In this document: piece by piece, positions 1 to 9,652 of the stretch
How the letters are laid out: the number at the start of each line of letters is the position of its first letter
Position numbering within the stretch: the first letter of the stretch is position 1
IMG/VR virus record: IMGVR_UViG_3300046804_004208
Span: 39,862 to 103,861 of that record
Length of the DNA: 64,000 nucleotides
Direction: 5' to 3' (one strand)
Origin: a virus
Made by a program: the position numbers and the translations under genes
The notes under the pieces: model-generated
What the model was told of the DNA's origin: nothing
Database searches by the model: none
The model's input: only the letters and a program-made list of their open reading frames with translations

Positions 1-1
1 A

Positions 2-2086
2 GTAAGTCCTGCGTCAGATAAGATAGGTGCTATTGTGGCACCTTTTCCCAAAGGAATAGTAGGAGAACCAATTTTAATTCAAAATGAACAAGAATTAATT
101 GAAAATTTTGGAACACCATCCCTTGCCGATAAGCAATATGAAACTTGGTTAGTTGCCTCTTCATTTTTATCATATGGAGGTAGTCTTAGAGTAATTAGAT
201 CAGATGATGAAAATATTTCTAATGCTTTTGTTGGATCAGCAACTAGCATAAAGATTAAAAGTTATGAAGACTACATTAACTTGGGATATGACGAAAATGT
301 AATTTCTGGGGTAACAGTTTGTGCTAAAGATCCTGGATCTTGGGCAAATGGTGTTAAAGTTGCAATCATTGATGCGAAAGCAGATCAGATTTTAAGTGGT
401 CTTAGCACAGATATTCAAGTTGGTTGTGGAGTAACTCAAGCAATTACTTCGGTTCTTGCTGGTTCAGGATCTACATCTGTTTTGGGTGGATATTTAAAGG
501 GTGTAGTTACTGGAATAGGTGTAAGTTCAATCCAAGTAAAAGTTTTGAGTCATGTATCTGCAGATGGAACAGAGACTACAGTAGATTATCAACCACAAGG
601 AGTTTACTCTTTTGCGTCTGGAGGAACACTTGGTATTCATACCAGCGGTGTATTAACCGCATATACAACTAAAACATATGCCGCTCAACAAGATTGGTTT
701 GATCAACAAACAATCAGTCTTACAAATTCTAAAGTTTATTGGAATACTCTTGCAGATAGACCCTCAACCTCAAACTTTGCTGCAGCAAGAGGAGCAAGAT
801 TCGATGAAGTTCACGTAGTTGTATTTGATGATATTGGGTCTATTAGTGGAAATACTGGAACAATATTAGAAAAGCATCTTTCACTTTCTAAAGCGTCTGA
901 TGCGGAATTCTCTGTTGGAAGTACTTCGTACTGGAGAAAGTACATAGCAGAAAATTCTAGATATATTTTTGCTGGATCTGCACCGTCTGGAATTGTTACT
1001 ACCGCATATACTTCTGGATTTACTTTAGCAACAGATACAGGTTGGGATCAATCTGCGAGTGGAATTTATTTTGCTGGAACAGGATCAAATGTTCTAACAT
1101 TAGCAAATGGTAAAAATTATGATGGAAATACTGATTTAACTGTAGAAGGATCACTCAGTTCAACCCTCGCCAATTTGTCTAGTGGTTATGAAATTTTTTC
1201 AAATTCTAATGAGTATCTAGTAGATTTCTTACTCATGGGATCTGCAGGTTATGAGAAAGAAACTGCACAAGCTCTTGCTTCTAAATTGATATCTGTTGCC
1301 GAAGAAAGAAAAGATTGTATAGCATTTATATCTCCATATAGATCCGCACTTTTAACAGAATCTTCTGGTAATAAATATGTTCTTAAAGATTCTGCAACTA
1401 TAACTGATAATTTAATTAGTTTCTATTCTTCAATTCCATCTTCATCATTTGCAGTATTTGACAGTGGATACAAGTACATGTATGATCGTTTTAGTGATAC
1501 TTTTAGATATGTTCCTTTAAATGGAGATATTGCTGGTGTTTGTGCTAGAACTGATACAACTTCTTTCCCATGGTTTTCCCCAGCAGGAACTTCAAGAGGT
1601 GCAATTTTAAATGCCGTAAAATTAGCATATAATCCTTCAAAAATCCAAAGAGATAGACTTTATTCGAATAGAATCAATCCAATTATTTTTTCACCTGGTT
1701 CTGGAATAGTATTGTTTGGGGATAAAACTGGACTTGCAAAATCCTCTGCATTTGATAGAATTAATGTTCGTAGATTGTTTATCTATCTAGAAAAAGCAAT
1801 TTCTAGTGCTGCAAAAGATCAATTGTTTGAATTCAATGATGAAAATACAAGAAGAAACTTCGTATCCACAGTTGAACCATTCTTGAGAGATATTCAATCA
1901 AAGAGAGGTATTGAAGGTTATAGAGTAATTTGTGACACAACAAATAACACAGCTTCTGTTATTGATTCGAATGAATTTATTGCCGATATTTTTATAAAAC
2001 CAAATAGATCTATTAATTACATTGGATTAACATTTGTTGCTACTAGAACAGGTGTTTCTTTTGAAGAAATAGTTGGTACGGTTTAA
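2..2086 (+). CDS. g18: Tail sheath protein (5' end lies outside the window)
   Basis: Frame open from window start; C-terminal FPWFSPAG, GDKT, FDRINVRRLF and FEFND motifs of T4 gp18; precedes tail tube gene. Confidence 0.97.
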   Translation, partial: VSPASDKIGAIVAPFPKGIVGEPILIQNEQELIENFGTPSLADKQYETWLVASSFLSYGGSLRVIRSDDENISNAFVGSATSIKIKSYEDYINLGYDENVISGVTVCAKDPGSWANGVKVAIIDAKADQILSGLSTDIQVGCGVTQAITSVLAGSGSTSVLGGYLKGVVTGIGVSSIQVKVLSHVSADGTETTVDYQPQGVYSFASGGTLGIHTSGVLTAYTTKTYAAQQDWFDQQTISLTNSKVYWNTLADRPSTSNFAAARGARFDEVHVVVFDDIGSISGNTGTILEKHLSLSKASDAEFSVGSTSYWRKYIAENSRYIFAGSAPSGIVTTAYTSGFTLATDTGWDQSASGIYFAGTGSNVLTLANGKNYDGNTDLTVEGSLSSTLANLSSGYEIFSNSNEYLVDFLLMGSAGYEKETAQALASKLISVAEERKDCIAFISPYRSALLTESSGNKYVLKDSATITDNLISFYSSIPSSSFAVFDSGYKYMYDRFSDTFRYVPLNGDIAGVCARTDTTSFPWFSPAGTSRGAILNAVKLAYNPSKIQRDRLYSNRINPIIFSPGSGIVLFGDKTGLAKSSAFDRINVRRLFIYLEKAISSAAKDQLFEFNDENTRRNFVSTVEPFLRDIQSKRGIEGYRVICDTTNNTASVIDSNEFIADIFIKPNRSINYIGLTFVATRTGVSFEEIVGTV

Positions 2087-2124
2087 TTTTTAAAAAATTC
2101 ACATAAAAAACAGAGGTAAAAACA

Positions 2125-2718
2125 ATGACATTAAGAAGTATTACAGATTTTAAGGGTCAACTTATTGGTGGAGGATCTAGACCCAATTTATTTTCAGTTG
2201 CTCTAACTTTTCCTACTACAATAGGATCTCAAGCAATAACAGATTCTGTTAATGCTGGAAGTAAACTTGAATTTTTAGCAAAATCAGCAGCACTACCAGC
2301 TTCAAATATTACTCCAATTGAAGTGCCATTTAGAGGAAGAGTTTTAAAAGTTGCTGGAGAAAGAACATTCGATACTTGGTCAATTACTGTAATTAATGAT
2401 GTAGATTTCAAAATTCGTACCGCATTTGAAGAATGGATGAATGGAATTAATGATCTTAATCAGGCAACTGGTGAGACAAGACCTGCCGAATATGATTGCG
2501 ATTTACAAGTATCACAATTAAATAGAGCAGGTGAAGCAATAAGAACATATGATTTTATTGGTTGTTTCCCAACAAATATTTCTCAAATTGATTTGTCCAT
2601 GGACACAACTGATACAATTGAAGAGTATAGTGTTGAATTTCAAATTCTTTATTGGAGAGCTTCTGCAACAACTGCATCTAGTCCAGTTCCTATTACTTCA
2701 CCTGCAATTTCTACCTGA
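2125..2718 (+). CDS. g19: Tail tube protein
   Basis: RPNLF, FRGRVLKVAGERTFDTW and FPTNISQIDL motifs; synteny. Confidence 0.96.
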   Translation: MTLRSITDFKGQLIGGGSRPNLFSVALTFPTTIGSQAITDSVNAGSKLEFLAKSAALPASNITPIEVPFRGRVLKVAGERTFDTWSITVINDVDFKIRTAFEEWMNGINDLNQATGETRPAEYDCDLQVSQLNRAGEAIRTYDFIGCFPTNISQIDLSMDTTDTIEEYSVEFQILYWRASATTASSPVPITSPAIST

Positions 2719-2757
2719 TAAATAGTTTTAAGATATTTAAAACTATAAAATTATAAA

Positions 2758-4437
2758 ATGGCAAAACTCTTTGGTTTCTCTATTGAAAATTCTGATCAAA
2801 AATCTAAATCAATTGTCTCCCCCGTTCCTCCAAATAATGAGGACGGGGTTGATAATTACATTGCTAGCGGTTTTTATGGTTCGTATGTAGATATTGAAGG
2901 GGTATATAGGACAGAATATGATTTAATTAAAAGATATAGAGAAATGGCATTACATCCTGAGTGTGATAATGCTATTGAAGATGTTGTAAATGAAGCCATT
3001 GTAAGTGATCTTTATGATTCACCTATAGAAATAGAACTTTCTAATTTAAATGCAAGTGATAGATTAAAGGAAGTTATAAGAGAAGAATTTAAATATATTA
3101 AGGAAATATTAGATTTTGATAAAAAATGCCATGAGATTTTTAGAAATTGGTATGTTGATGGAAGAATTTATTATCATAAAGTAATTGACTTAAAAAAACC
3201 AGAAGAAGGGATTAAAGAAGTAAGATATATAGATCCCATGAAAATGAGATTTATAAGACAACATAAAAAAGATAAAAATTCTATACCTGGTTCAAATCTT
3301 AATAGATTAGATGAAACAGAAAAATCTATTCATCCAGAAATAGAAGAATATTTTTTATATACACCAAAACCAAATTTTCCAGTTGGTGCTATTGCTAGTG
3401 TAGGTACATCTACAAAAGGAATAAAAATAGCAAAAGATTCTATTACTTATGTAACTTCTGGACTAGTAGATAGAAATAAAGGAAGTATTCTTTCATATTT
3501 ACATAAAGCAATTAAAGCACTCAATCAACTTAGAATGATTGAAGACTCTTTGGTAATTTATAGACTATCGAGGGCACCGGAACGTAGAATTTTTTATATT
3601 GATGTTGGAAATTTGCCCAAAGTAAAGGCAGAACAATATCTCAGAGATGTTATGCATCGTTATAGGAATAAATTAGTCTATAACGCTTCAACTGGAGAAG
3701 TTCGTGATGATCGTAAATTTATGAGTATGATGGAAGATTTTTGGCTTCCAAGAAGAGAGGGTGGTAGAGGAACTGAGATTACTACTCTTCCAGGTGGACA
3801 AAATCTTGGAGAACTTTCAGATATTGAATATTTTCAAAAAAAACTTTATAGAGCACTTGGAGTTCCAGAATCTAGAATTGCCTCAGATGGTGGATTTAAT
3901 CTTGGAAGATCATCAGAAATTTTACGTGATGAATTAAAATTTTCAAAGTTTGTTGGACGTTTGAGAAAACGTTTTTCATATTTATTCAATGATATGTTAA
4001 AGACGCAATTAATTCTTAAAAATATTATTACTCCAGAAGATTGGGAAAAAATTTCAGACCATATTCAATATGATTTTCTATACGACAATCAATTTGCAGA
4101 ATTAAAAGAATCGGAATTGATGACTGAAAGAATAACACTATTGGCATCAGTGGAACCATATATTGGAAAATATTTTTCCCAGGATTATGTTCGGAGAAAA
4201 ATACTTCGCCAAACAGACGCGGAAATTGTTGAAATTGACAAAAGAATTAAAAAAGAAATTGAAGATGGGATAATTCCGGATCCAAATTCTATTGATCCTA
4301 TTACTGGTGAACCATTACCTCCACAAAATGGAGAAGTGGGTCCTCTTGGAGAAGTTCCTCAAGAACCAAATCTTGATGCACAAGGAGCAGCAACAGATGC
4401 TCAGTTGCAAAAAGATACCAAAAAAGCTGAAATATAA
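2758..4437 (+). CDS. g20: Portal vertex protein
   Basis: YRLSRAPERRIFYIDVGNLPK and EDFWLPRREGGRGTEITTLPGG, classic g20 marker sequence. Confidence 0.99.
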   Translation: MAKLFGFSIENSDQKSKSIVSPVPPNNEDGVDNYIASGFYGSYVDIEGVYRTEYDLIKRYREMALHPECDNAIEDVVNEAIVSDLYDSPIEIELSNLNASDRLKEVIREEFKYIKEILDFDKKCHEIFRNWYVDGRIYYHKVIDLKKPEEGIKEVRYIDPMKMRFIRQHKKDKNSIPGSNLNRLDETEKSIHPEIEEYFLYTPKPNFPVGAIASVGTSTKGIKIAKDSITYVTSGLVDRNKGSILSYLHKAIKALNQLRMIEDSLVIYRLSRAPERRIFYIDVGNLPKVKAEQYLRDVMHRYRNKLVYNASTGEVRDDRKFMSMMEDFWLPRREGGRGTEITTLPGGQNLGELSDIEYFQKKLYRALGVPESRIASDGGFNLGRSSEILRDELKFSKFVGRLRKRFSYLFNDMLKTQLILKNIITPEDWEKISDHIQYDFLYDNQFAELKESELMTERITLLASVEPYIGKYFSQDYVRRKILRQTDAEIVEIDKRIKKEIEDGIIPDPNSIDPITGEPLPPQNGEVGPLGEVPQEPNLDAQGAATDAQLQKDTKKAEI

Positions 4438-4440
4438 ATA
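4433..4440 (+). promoter_or_regulatory. T4-type late promoter (TATAAATA)
   Basis: Exact TATAAATA upstream of prohead core genes; further copies at 5558, 15312, 15561, 16672, 40230, 46491, 47828 and 61659. Confidence 0.75.
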
Positions 4441-4465
4441 AAGTATACAGTTATATTAAATTTTT

Positions 4466-4633
4466 ATGGAAGAACTTATAGATTTGGTGGCAACTGATTG
4501 TCAACCTTCTGATATTAGTGACAAAATTAAAGAACTTTTATTTGCAAAGGCAATCGAAAGAATTGAATTTGCAAAACCAATAGTTGCTTCTTCATTATTT
4601 GATGGAGAAGTAGAAGGTACTGAGGAAGAATAA
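4466..4633 (+). CDS. Small acidic protein, probable prohead core protein (gp67-like position)
   Basis: Read manually: MEELIDLVATDCQPSDISDKIKELLFAKAIERIEFAKPIVASSLFDGEVEGTEEE; lies between g20 and g21. Confidence 0.7.
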   Translation: MEELIDLVATDCQPSDISDKIKELLFAKAIERIEFAKPIVASSLFDGEVEGTEEE

Positions 4634-4899
4634 TGACTACAAAAATTTTAGCAGATGAAATAAGTTTACCGATTTCAACAGGCGCTGCTACTAGTTTTAG
4701 TTCTGCAACTGTTGTTCGTCTTGTAAATACAGATACTTCAGCACATACCATATCAATTGTTGAAACTCAAGGAGGAACTGGTGTCGGTTCTATCACTATG
4801 CCAGCTGGATCTGTTGAACAGATTGTAAAAGTTGCAAGTTATTGTGTTTTTGCAGATAGTGCTTTAGTTAGAGGAACAAAAGTAGGATTTACAAACTAA
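4633..4899 (+). CDS. Hypothetical protein in head module
   Basis: 88-aa ORF translationally coupled (TAATG) to upstream ORF. Confidence 0.7.
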   Translation: MTTKILADEISLPISTGAATSFSSATVVRLVNTDTSAHTISIVETQGGTGVGSITMPAGSVEQIVKVASYCVFADSALVRGTKVGFTN

Positions 4900-4904
4900 A
4901 AAAA

Positions 4905-5555
4905 ATGAAACTCATCACAGAAGAAATTCAAAAAGTAGAATTTATTACCGAAGGTAAAGGTGCTGAAAAACAGTGTTACATTAAAGGTATTTTTCTACAA
5001 GCAGAACAAGTTAATAGAAATGGGAGAATGTATCCCATGTCTATTATGGAGAGAGAAGTAAATCGTTATAACGAAAACTTTGTTCTAAAGGGTCGTGCTC
5101 TCGGTGAATTGGGTCATCCAGATGGTCCAACTGTAAATCTTGATAGGGTTTCGCATAAAATTTGTGAACTTTATAGAGATGGTAATAATTTTATGGGTAA
5201 AGCAAAACTTCTCGAAACACCTATGGGTAAAATTGCAATGTCTTTAATTAAGGAGGGTGTTTGTCTTGGTGTTTCTTCTCGTGGTGTTGGATCTCTTCAA
5301 ATGACTCAGGAAGGTCATAAAGTTGTTGGTGAAGATTTCATGCTTGCTACTGCTGCAGATATTGTTGCAGATCCTTCTGCACCTGACGCTTTTGTTCAAG
5401 GAGTTATGGAAGGTAAAGAATGGATTTGGGAAGGAGGAATTCTTCGTGAACAATTTGTAGAGTCAACAAAACGCAGAATTAACACTTTAGTCGATGAAAG
5501 AAGACTTCAAGAACACAAAGTTAAATTATTCAAAGAATTTCTTTCAAATCTTTAA
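4905..5555 (+). CDS. g21: Prohead core protease
   Basis: NRNGRMYP, ALGELGHP, GVSSRGVGS and DIVADPSAPDAFV motifs. Confidence 0.98.
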   Translation: MKLITEEIQKVEFITEGKGAEKQCYIKGIFLQAEQVNRNGRMYPMSIMEREVNRYNENFVLKGRALGELGHPDGPTVNLDRVSHKICELYRDGNNFMGKAKLLETPMGKIAMSLIKEGVCLGVSSRGVGSLQMTQEGHKVVGEDFMLATAADIVADPSAPDAFVQGVMEGKEWIWEGGILREQFVESTKRRINTLVDERRLQEHKVKLFKEFLSNL

Positions 5556-5596
5556 TTTATAAATAAATATAGATTATAAACAAATATCTAAAAACA

Positions 5597-6733
5597 ATGT
5601 CCGTTGGTAGTAATTTACAAGAAATGGAAAACGTAGTAACCAAAGGAGCTAAACCTGCAGAACCAATGCAAAAGTTAACCACAGGAATTCCTGATGGTCA
5701 AACTGGCAATTGGGAAGATCTGGGTGGACCAACTCCAGAAAATTATCGTTCAGACGATGATTCGGCAAAACTTAAAGATGCAACTTCTCTTGCTTCTGTA
5801 AGAAATGTTGTCAATCAGAAAGCACAACAAGCGATGCCTATGCAAAAACTTGCATCAGGTTCTGTTAAGGAAGAATCTGAAGATGAAGGTGAAGTTTTAG
5901 TTGATGATGAAGAAGAAGAAGAAGTTTTAGTTGATGAAGAGGATATTGAAGAAGTTGAAGAAACTGCTGCTGAAGAAGAAGTAGTAGAAGAAGAAATTGA
6001 TATTGAAGAAGATGTTCAAGCTCTTTTAGAAGGAGAAGATCTTTCAGAAGAGTTTCAAGAAAAAGCACGTACTATTTTTGAAGCATCTATTAGATCAAAA
6101 GTTTTAGAAATTAAAGAAGATTTGCAGACAAGATATGAAAATTCTTTAATTGAGGAAATATCCTTAATTAAAGAAGAACTTACAGATCGTGTTGATGCAT
6201 ATCTAGAATATGTTGCTGATGAGTGGATTCAGGAAAATGCACTCGCAGTTGAGCACGGTCTTAAGACTGAAATGACCGAATCATTCCTTCAAGGAATGAA
6301 GGGTCTTTTTGAAGATCATTATGTTTCAATCCCTGAAGATAGATATGATGTAATCGAGAGTATGGTAGATAAACTTGATGAAATGGAAGCAAAACTCAAC
6401 GAGCAAATCGAAAGAAATGTTGCTCTAAATAGAAGATTAGCAGAGTCAGTTGCTGATGTAATTTTTGCAGATGTCGCTGAGGGTCTTGCACTTTCTCAGA
6501 AAGACAAACTCGCTTCTCTTGCCGAAAATGTTGAGTTTGATAGTGAAGCAAACTATCGTGAGAAACTGGTAACTCTGAGGGAATCTTATTTCCCAACCAG
6601 ATCCGCTGGTACTCAAAAAGACTTTTCTGAGAATTTGTCCGAAGAATTTTCATATGAGGAAAATCTGAACGAATCAGTATCTCCAATTATGGAAGCATAC
6701 CTTCAAACTCTCAGTAGAGTATCTAAAAAGTGA
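5597..6733 (+). CDS. g22: Prohead core scaffold protein
   Basis: Very acidic coiled coil with VDAYLEYVADEW motif; between g21 and g23. Confidence 0.95.
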   Translation: MSVGSNLQEMENVVTKGAKPAEPMQKLTTGIPDGQTGNWEDLGGPTPENYRSDDDSAKLKDATSLASVRNVVNQKAQQAMPMQKLASGSVKEESEDEGEVLVDDEEEEEVLVDEEDIEEVEETAAEEEVVEEEIDIEEDVQALLEGEDLSEEFQEKARTIFEASIRSKVLEIKEDLQTRYENSLIEEISLIKEELTDRVDAYLEYVADEWIQENALAVEHGLKTEMTESFLQGMKGLFEDHYVSIPEDRYDVIESMVDKLDEMEAKLNEQIERNVALNRRLAESVADVIFADVAEGLALSQKDKLASLAENVEFDSEANYREKLVTLRESYFPTRSAGTQKDFSENLSEEFSYEENLNESVSPIMEAYLQTLSRVSKK

Positions 6734-6782
6734 TTTTTAAATCATAACAATCAAACTAAATTTTTTAAAGAGGTAAACTAAA

Positions 6783-8192
6783 ATGCAAATGTTCAATGCC
6801 GAGCATCTGCAGGAGAAGTGGGCACCAATCCTTGACTACCAAGGAATGGATCCGATCAAAGATTCACATCGTAGAGCGGTAACTGCTATCCTGTTAGAAA
6901 ATCAAGAAAGAGAACTTCGTGAGGAAAGAGCATTCCTTGCCGAAGGTCCAACTGTAAATACTGGTTCATCTGGTGGAACTGCTGGTTTCAGTGCTAACGC
7001 ATCAGCACCTGTTGCAGGTTTTGATCCTGTTCTGATCTCATTAATCAGACGCTCAATGCCTAACTTAGTCGCATATGACCTTGCTGGCGTTCAACCAATG
7101 AATGGTCCTACTGGACTTATCTTCGCAATGCGTTCGAAGTATAGTTCTATGAGCGGCACAGAAGCTCTATTCAATGAAGCAGATACTGCATTCTCTGGAA
7201 CTGATTCCACTCCAGCAACTGGAGAAATTGGAACTGCATATGTATCTGGTTCCGATGGTGCTTCAGTTGGTTTTGGTACTACCGCTCATGGTGGTACAAA
7301 TCCAGGTCTTTTAAATCCAGAAAGTGGTCAAGCATACAACACCTATAGTGTAGGTCGTGGTATGGATACCGAGGATGCAGAATCACTCGGAACAAACAGC
7401 AACCACTTTAACGAAATGGCATTCTCAATCGAGAAAGTCACCGTTACTGCAAAGTCAAGAGCATTGAAAGCTGAGTATTCACTTGAGCTTGCTCAAGACC
7501 TCAAGGCAATTCATGGTTTGAATGCAGAAGCTGAGTTGGCAAACATTCTGTCAACTGAAATTCTTGCCGAAATTAACCGTGAGGTTATTCGTACAATTTA
7601 TAAGGCAGCTGAGTCTGGTGCTCAGAATAACGTTGCTTCTGCTGGTACGTTTGACCTTGATGTTGACTCCAACGGTCGTTGGTCGGTTGAGAAGTTCAAG
7701 GGTCTTATCTTCCAAATTGAGCGCGATGCCAACGCAATTGCACAAAGAACTCGTAGAGGAAAGGGCAACATGATCCTTTGCTCTGCAGACGTTGCCTCAG
7801 CTCTGACCATGGCTGGTGTACTTGATTACACTCCTGCCCTGAATGCTAATCTTAACGTTGATGACACCGGAAACACTTTTGCTGGTGTTCTGCAGGGTAA
7901 GTATCGTGTTTATATCGATCCTTATTCGGCAAACGTTTCAAATAGTCAGTACTACGTTGTTGGGTATAAGGGTTCTAGCCCATATGATGCTGGTATTTTC
8001 TATTGCCCATATGTTCCTCTCCAAATGGTTCGTGCCGTTGGTGAGAACACCTTCCAACCAAAGATTGGATTTAAGACCCGTTACGGTCTTGTCGCCAATC
8101 CATTTGCTGAAGGAACTGAAGCGGGTCTTGGACGTATCACTGCTAATAGCAATCGCTATTATAGAAGAGTTCGCGTTAACAACCTTATGTGA
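6783..8192 (+). CDS. g23: Major capsid protein
   Basis: GVQPMNGPTGLIFAMR, KSRALKAEYSLELAQDLKAIHGL and FQPKIGFKTRYG. Confidence 0.99.
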   Translation: MQMFNAEHLQEKWAPILDYQGMDPIKDSHRRAVTAILLENQERELREERAFLAEGPTVNTGSSGGTAGFSANASAPVAGFDPVLISLIRRSMPNLVAYDLAGVQPMNGPTGLIFAMRSKYSSMSGTEALFNEADTAFSGTDSTPATGEIGTAYVSGSDGASVGFGTTAHGGTNPGLLNPESGQAYNTYSVGRGMDTEDAESLGTNSNHFNEMAFSIEKVTVTAKSRALKAEYSLELAQDLKAIHGLNAEAELANILSTEILAEINREVIRTIYKAAESGAQNNVASAGTFDLDVDSNGRWSVEKFKGLIFQIERDANAIAQRTRRGKGNMILCSADVASALTMAGVLDYTPALNANLNVDDTGNTFAGVLQGKYRVYIDPYSANVSNSQYYVVGYKGSSPYDAGIFYCPYVPLQMVRAVGENTFQPKIGFKTRYGLVANPFAEGTEAGLGRITANSNRYYRRVRVNNLM

Positions 8193-8210
8193 TCCAATTT
8201 CACATATTCA

Positions 8211-8239
8211 AAAGACCCCCATTTTGGGGGTCTTTTTTT
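8211..8239 (+). terminator. Rho-independent terminator after g23
   Basis: aaagacccccattttgggggtc hairpin followed by T-tract. Confidence 0.9.
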
Positions 8240-8269
8240 ATCTAAATAAAAATAAAACTAATAATAAAA

Positions 8270-8428
8270 ATGAAACCAACACCTAAACAAATGCAAGAAA
8301 TATATAAAAACTACGAAAAAGTAGTTGAACATTTAATCAGAGAAGGTTATGCCGTTGATAAAGAATCTGCCCATACTATTATTAATGGTATGAGTGAATC
8401 GTGGTTTAATCTAATTATAGAAGAATGA
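8270..8428 (+). CDS. 52-aa stand-alone 'EGYA...MSExW' module protein
   Basis: Read manually: MKPTPKQMQEIYKNYEKVVEHLIREGYAVDKESAHTIINGMSESWFNLIIEE; TCTAAATA late-promoter variant at 8241. Confidence 0.75.
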   Translation: MKPTPKQMQEIYKNYEKVVEHLIREGYAVDKESAHTIINGMSESWFNLIIEE

Positions 8429-8643
8429 AAAGTTTTAAAAATTTTTGTGAGCAAGCATTTCATCCAGATTTGGTAATTAAAGTGAACGATCCTGAGGTTC
8501 AAAAAAACCTTAGAAGTACTGTTATACCTCCTGGACAAAGATATGCATCAGGTCCTCCAGAAATAAAAGTTCCTGAAAAAAAACCCATCATCAAATCTAA
8601 AAATTCATTTTTAGATAGAATAATTCGCAATGCACCTTATTAA
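8425..8643 (+). CDS. Small protein with capsid-targeting-like N-terminus
   Basis: MKSFKNFCE resembles T4 internal-protein CTS (MKTYQEFIAE); ATGA overlap with previous ORF. Confidence 0.65.
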   Translation: MKSFKNFCEQAFHPDLVIKVNDPEVQKNLRSTVIPPGQRYASGPPEIKVPEKKPIIKSKNSFLDRIIRNAPY

Positions 8644-8652
8644 TAAATCGTA

Positions 8653-9192
8653 ATGACATTTCCAAATCAAATTAGTAATAGAAATTTTTTATCTCCAATT
8701 GGATTTAAATTTAATATATCTAAAAACAGGAAAATTGATTTTTTTTCAAATAAAGCTAGAATACCAGGGTTAAATTTAGGAATATCAAAACAACCATCTC
8801 CATTTAAAATAATTGATGTTCCAGGTGATACCATTGAATATGAAGATTTTATTCTAAATTTTATAGTTGATGAAAATTTGGAGAATTATATGCTAATCCA
8901 TAATTGGATTACTGGTTTAGGATTTCCAGAAAATTTTGATCAATTTAAAAATTTAACTACAAACGATGATGGGATAGGAGATGAAAAATTACAGTTTAGT
9001 GATGGTTCTTTAGCTATACTCAATAGTAACTATAAAGAAATTGCACAAATTAGATTTAGAGATTTATATCCTTATATGATAACGCCAATTGAGTTTGATG
9101 CAACAGTAAATGATATTCAATACTTTACAGCAGAGGTAAGTTTCAAGTATACTATCTACAATATTGTTGATACAAATGGAAATCCTTTATGA
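8653..9192 (+). CDS. g3: Tail completion / tube terminator protein
   Basis: NFLSPIGFKF and FIVDENLENYMLIHNWI motifs; synteny after g23. Confidence 0.9.
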   Translation: MTFPNQISNRNFLSPIGFKFNISKNRKIDFFSNKARIPGLNLGISKQPSPFKIIDVPGDTIEYEDFILNFIVDENLENYMLIHNWITGLGFPENFDQFKNLTTNDDGIGDEKLQFSDGSLAILNSNYKEIAQIRFRDLYPYMITPIEFDATVNDIQYFTAEVSFKYTIYNIVDTNGNPL

Positions 9193-9620
9193 ATCTTGAT
9201 GAAATTCAGGAGATGTGGCAGAGAGATTCTGTCATTGATCCTGATAATTTACACGATGAATCTTTAAAAATTCCTCAACTTCACGCTAAGTATTATACAA
9301 TTTACAATACAATTACTCTGTTACGTGAAAAAGCAAGAGAATCATACAATAGAGTTAAACTTGAACGCTATAACTACTACACTGGAAAGGCACCTATAGA
9401 GGTCTACGAAGAAGAACCATTTCCCTATAAAGTTCGGGACAAAGAGGCATTACAGAGGCATATGGATGGGGATGAGAAACTAAGTAAGGTAGAACTCAAG
9501 ATAAGATACTACGATATTATGTTGAAGTTTTTAGAGGAGGTCATTCGTATGATTTCTAATAGGACTTATCAAATTAAGAATAGTATAGAGTTTTTAAAAT
9601 TTACTGCTGGTTACAATTAA
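9189..9620 (+). CDS. uvsY: Recombination mediator UvsY
   Basis: IPQLHAKY and NRTYQIKNSIEFLKF; precedes uvsW. Confidence 0.93.
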   Translation: MNLDEIQEMWQRDSVIDPDNLHDESLKIPQLHAKYYTIYNTITLLREKARESYNRVKLERYNYYTGKAPIEVYEEEPFPYKVRDKEALQRHMDGDEKLSKVELKIRYYDIMLKFLEEVIRMISNRTYQIKNSIEFLKFTAGYN

Positions 9621-9652
9621 TCAAATAAATAATCATAACTGATATGTTATGA

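Noticed and set aside
5889-5940. Duplicated gaagttttagttgatga in g22
   Set aside because: Ordinary slippage in the acidic low-complexity linker of the scaffold protein
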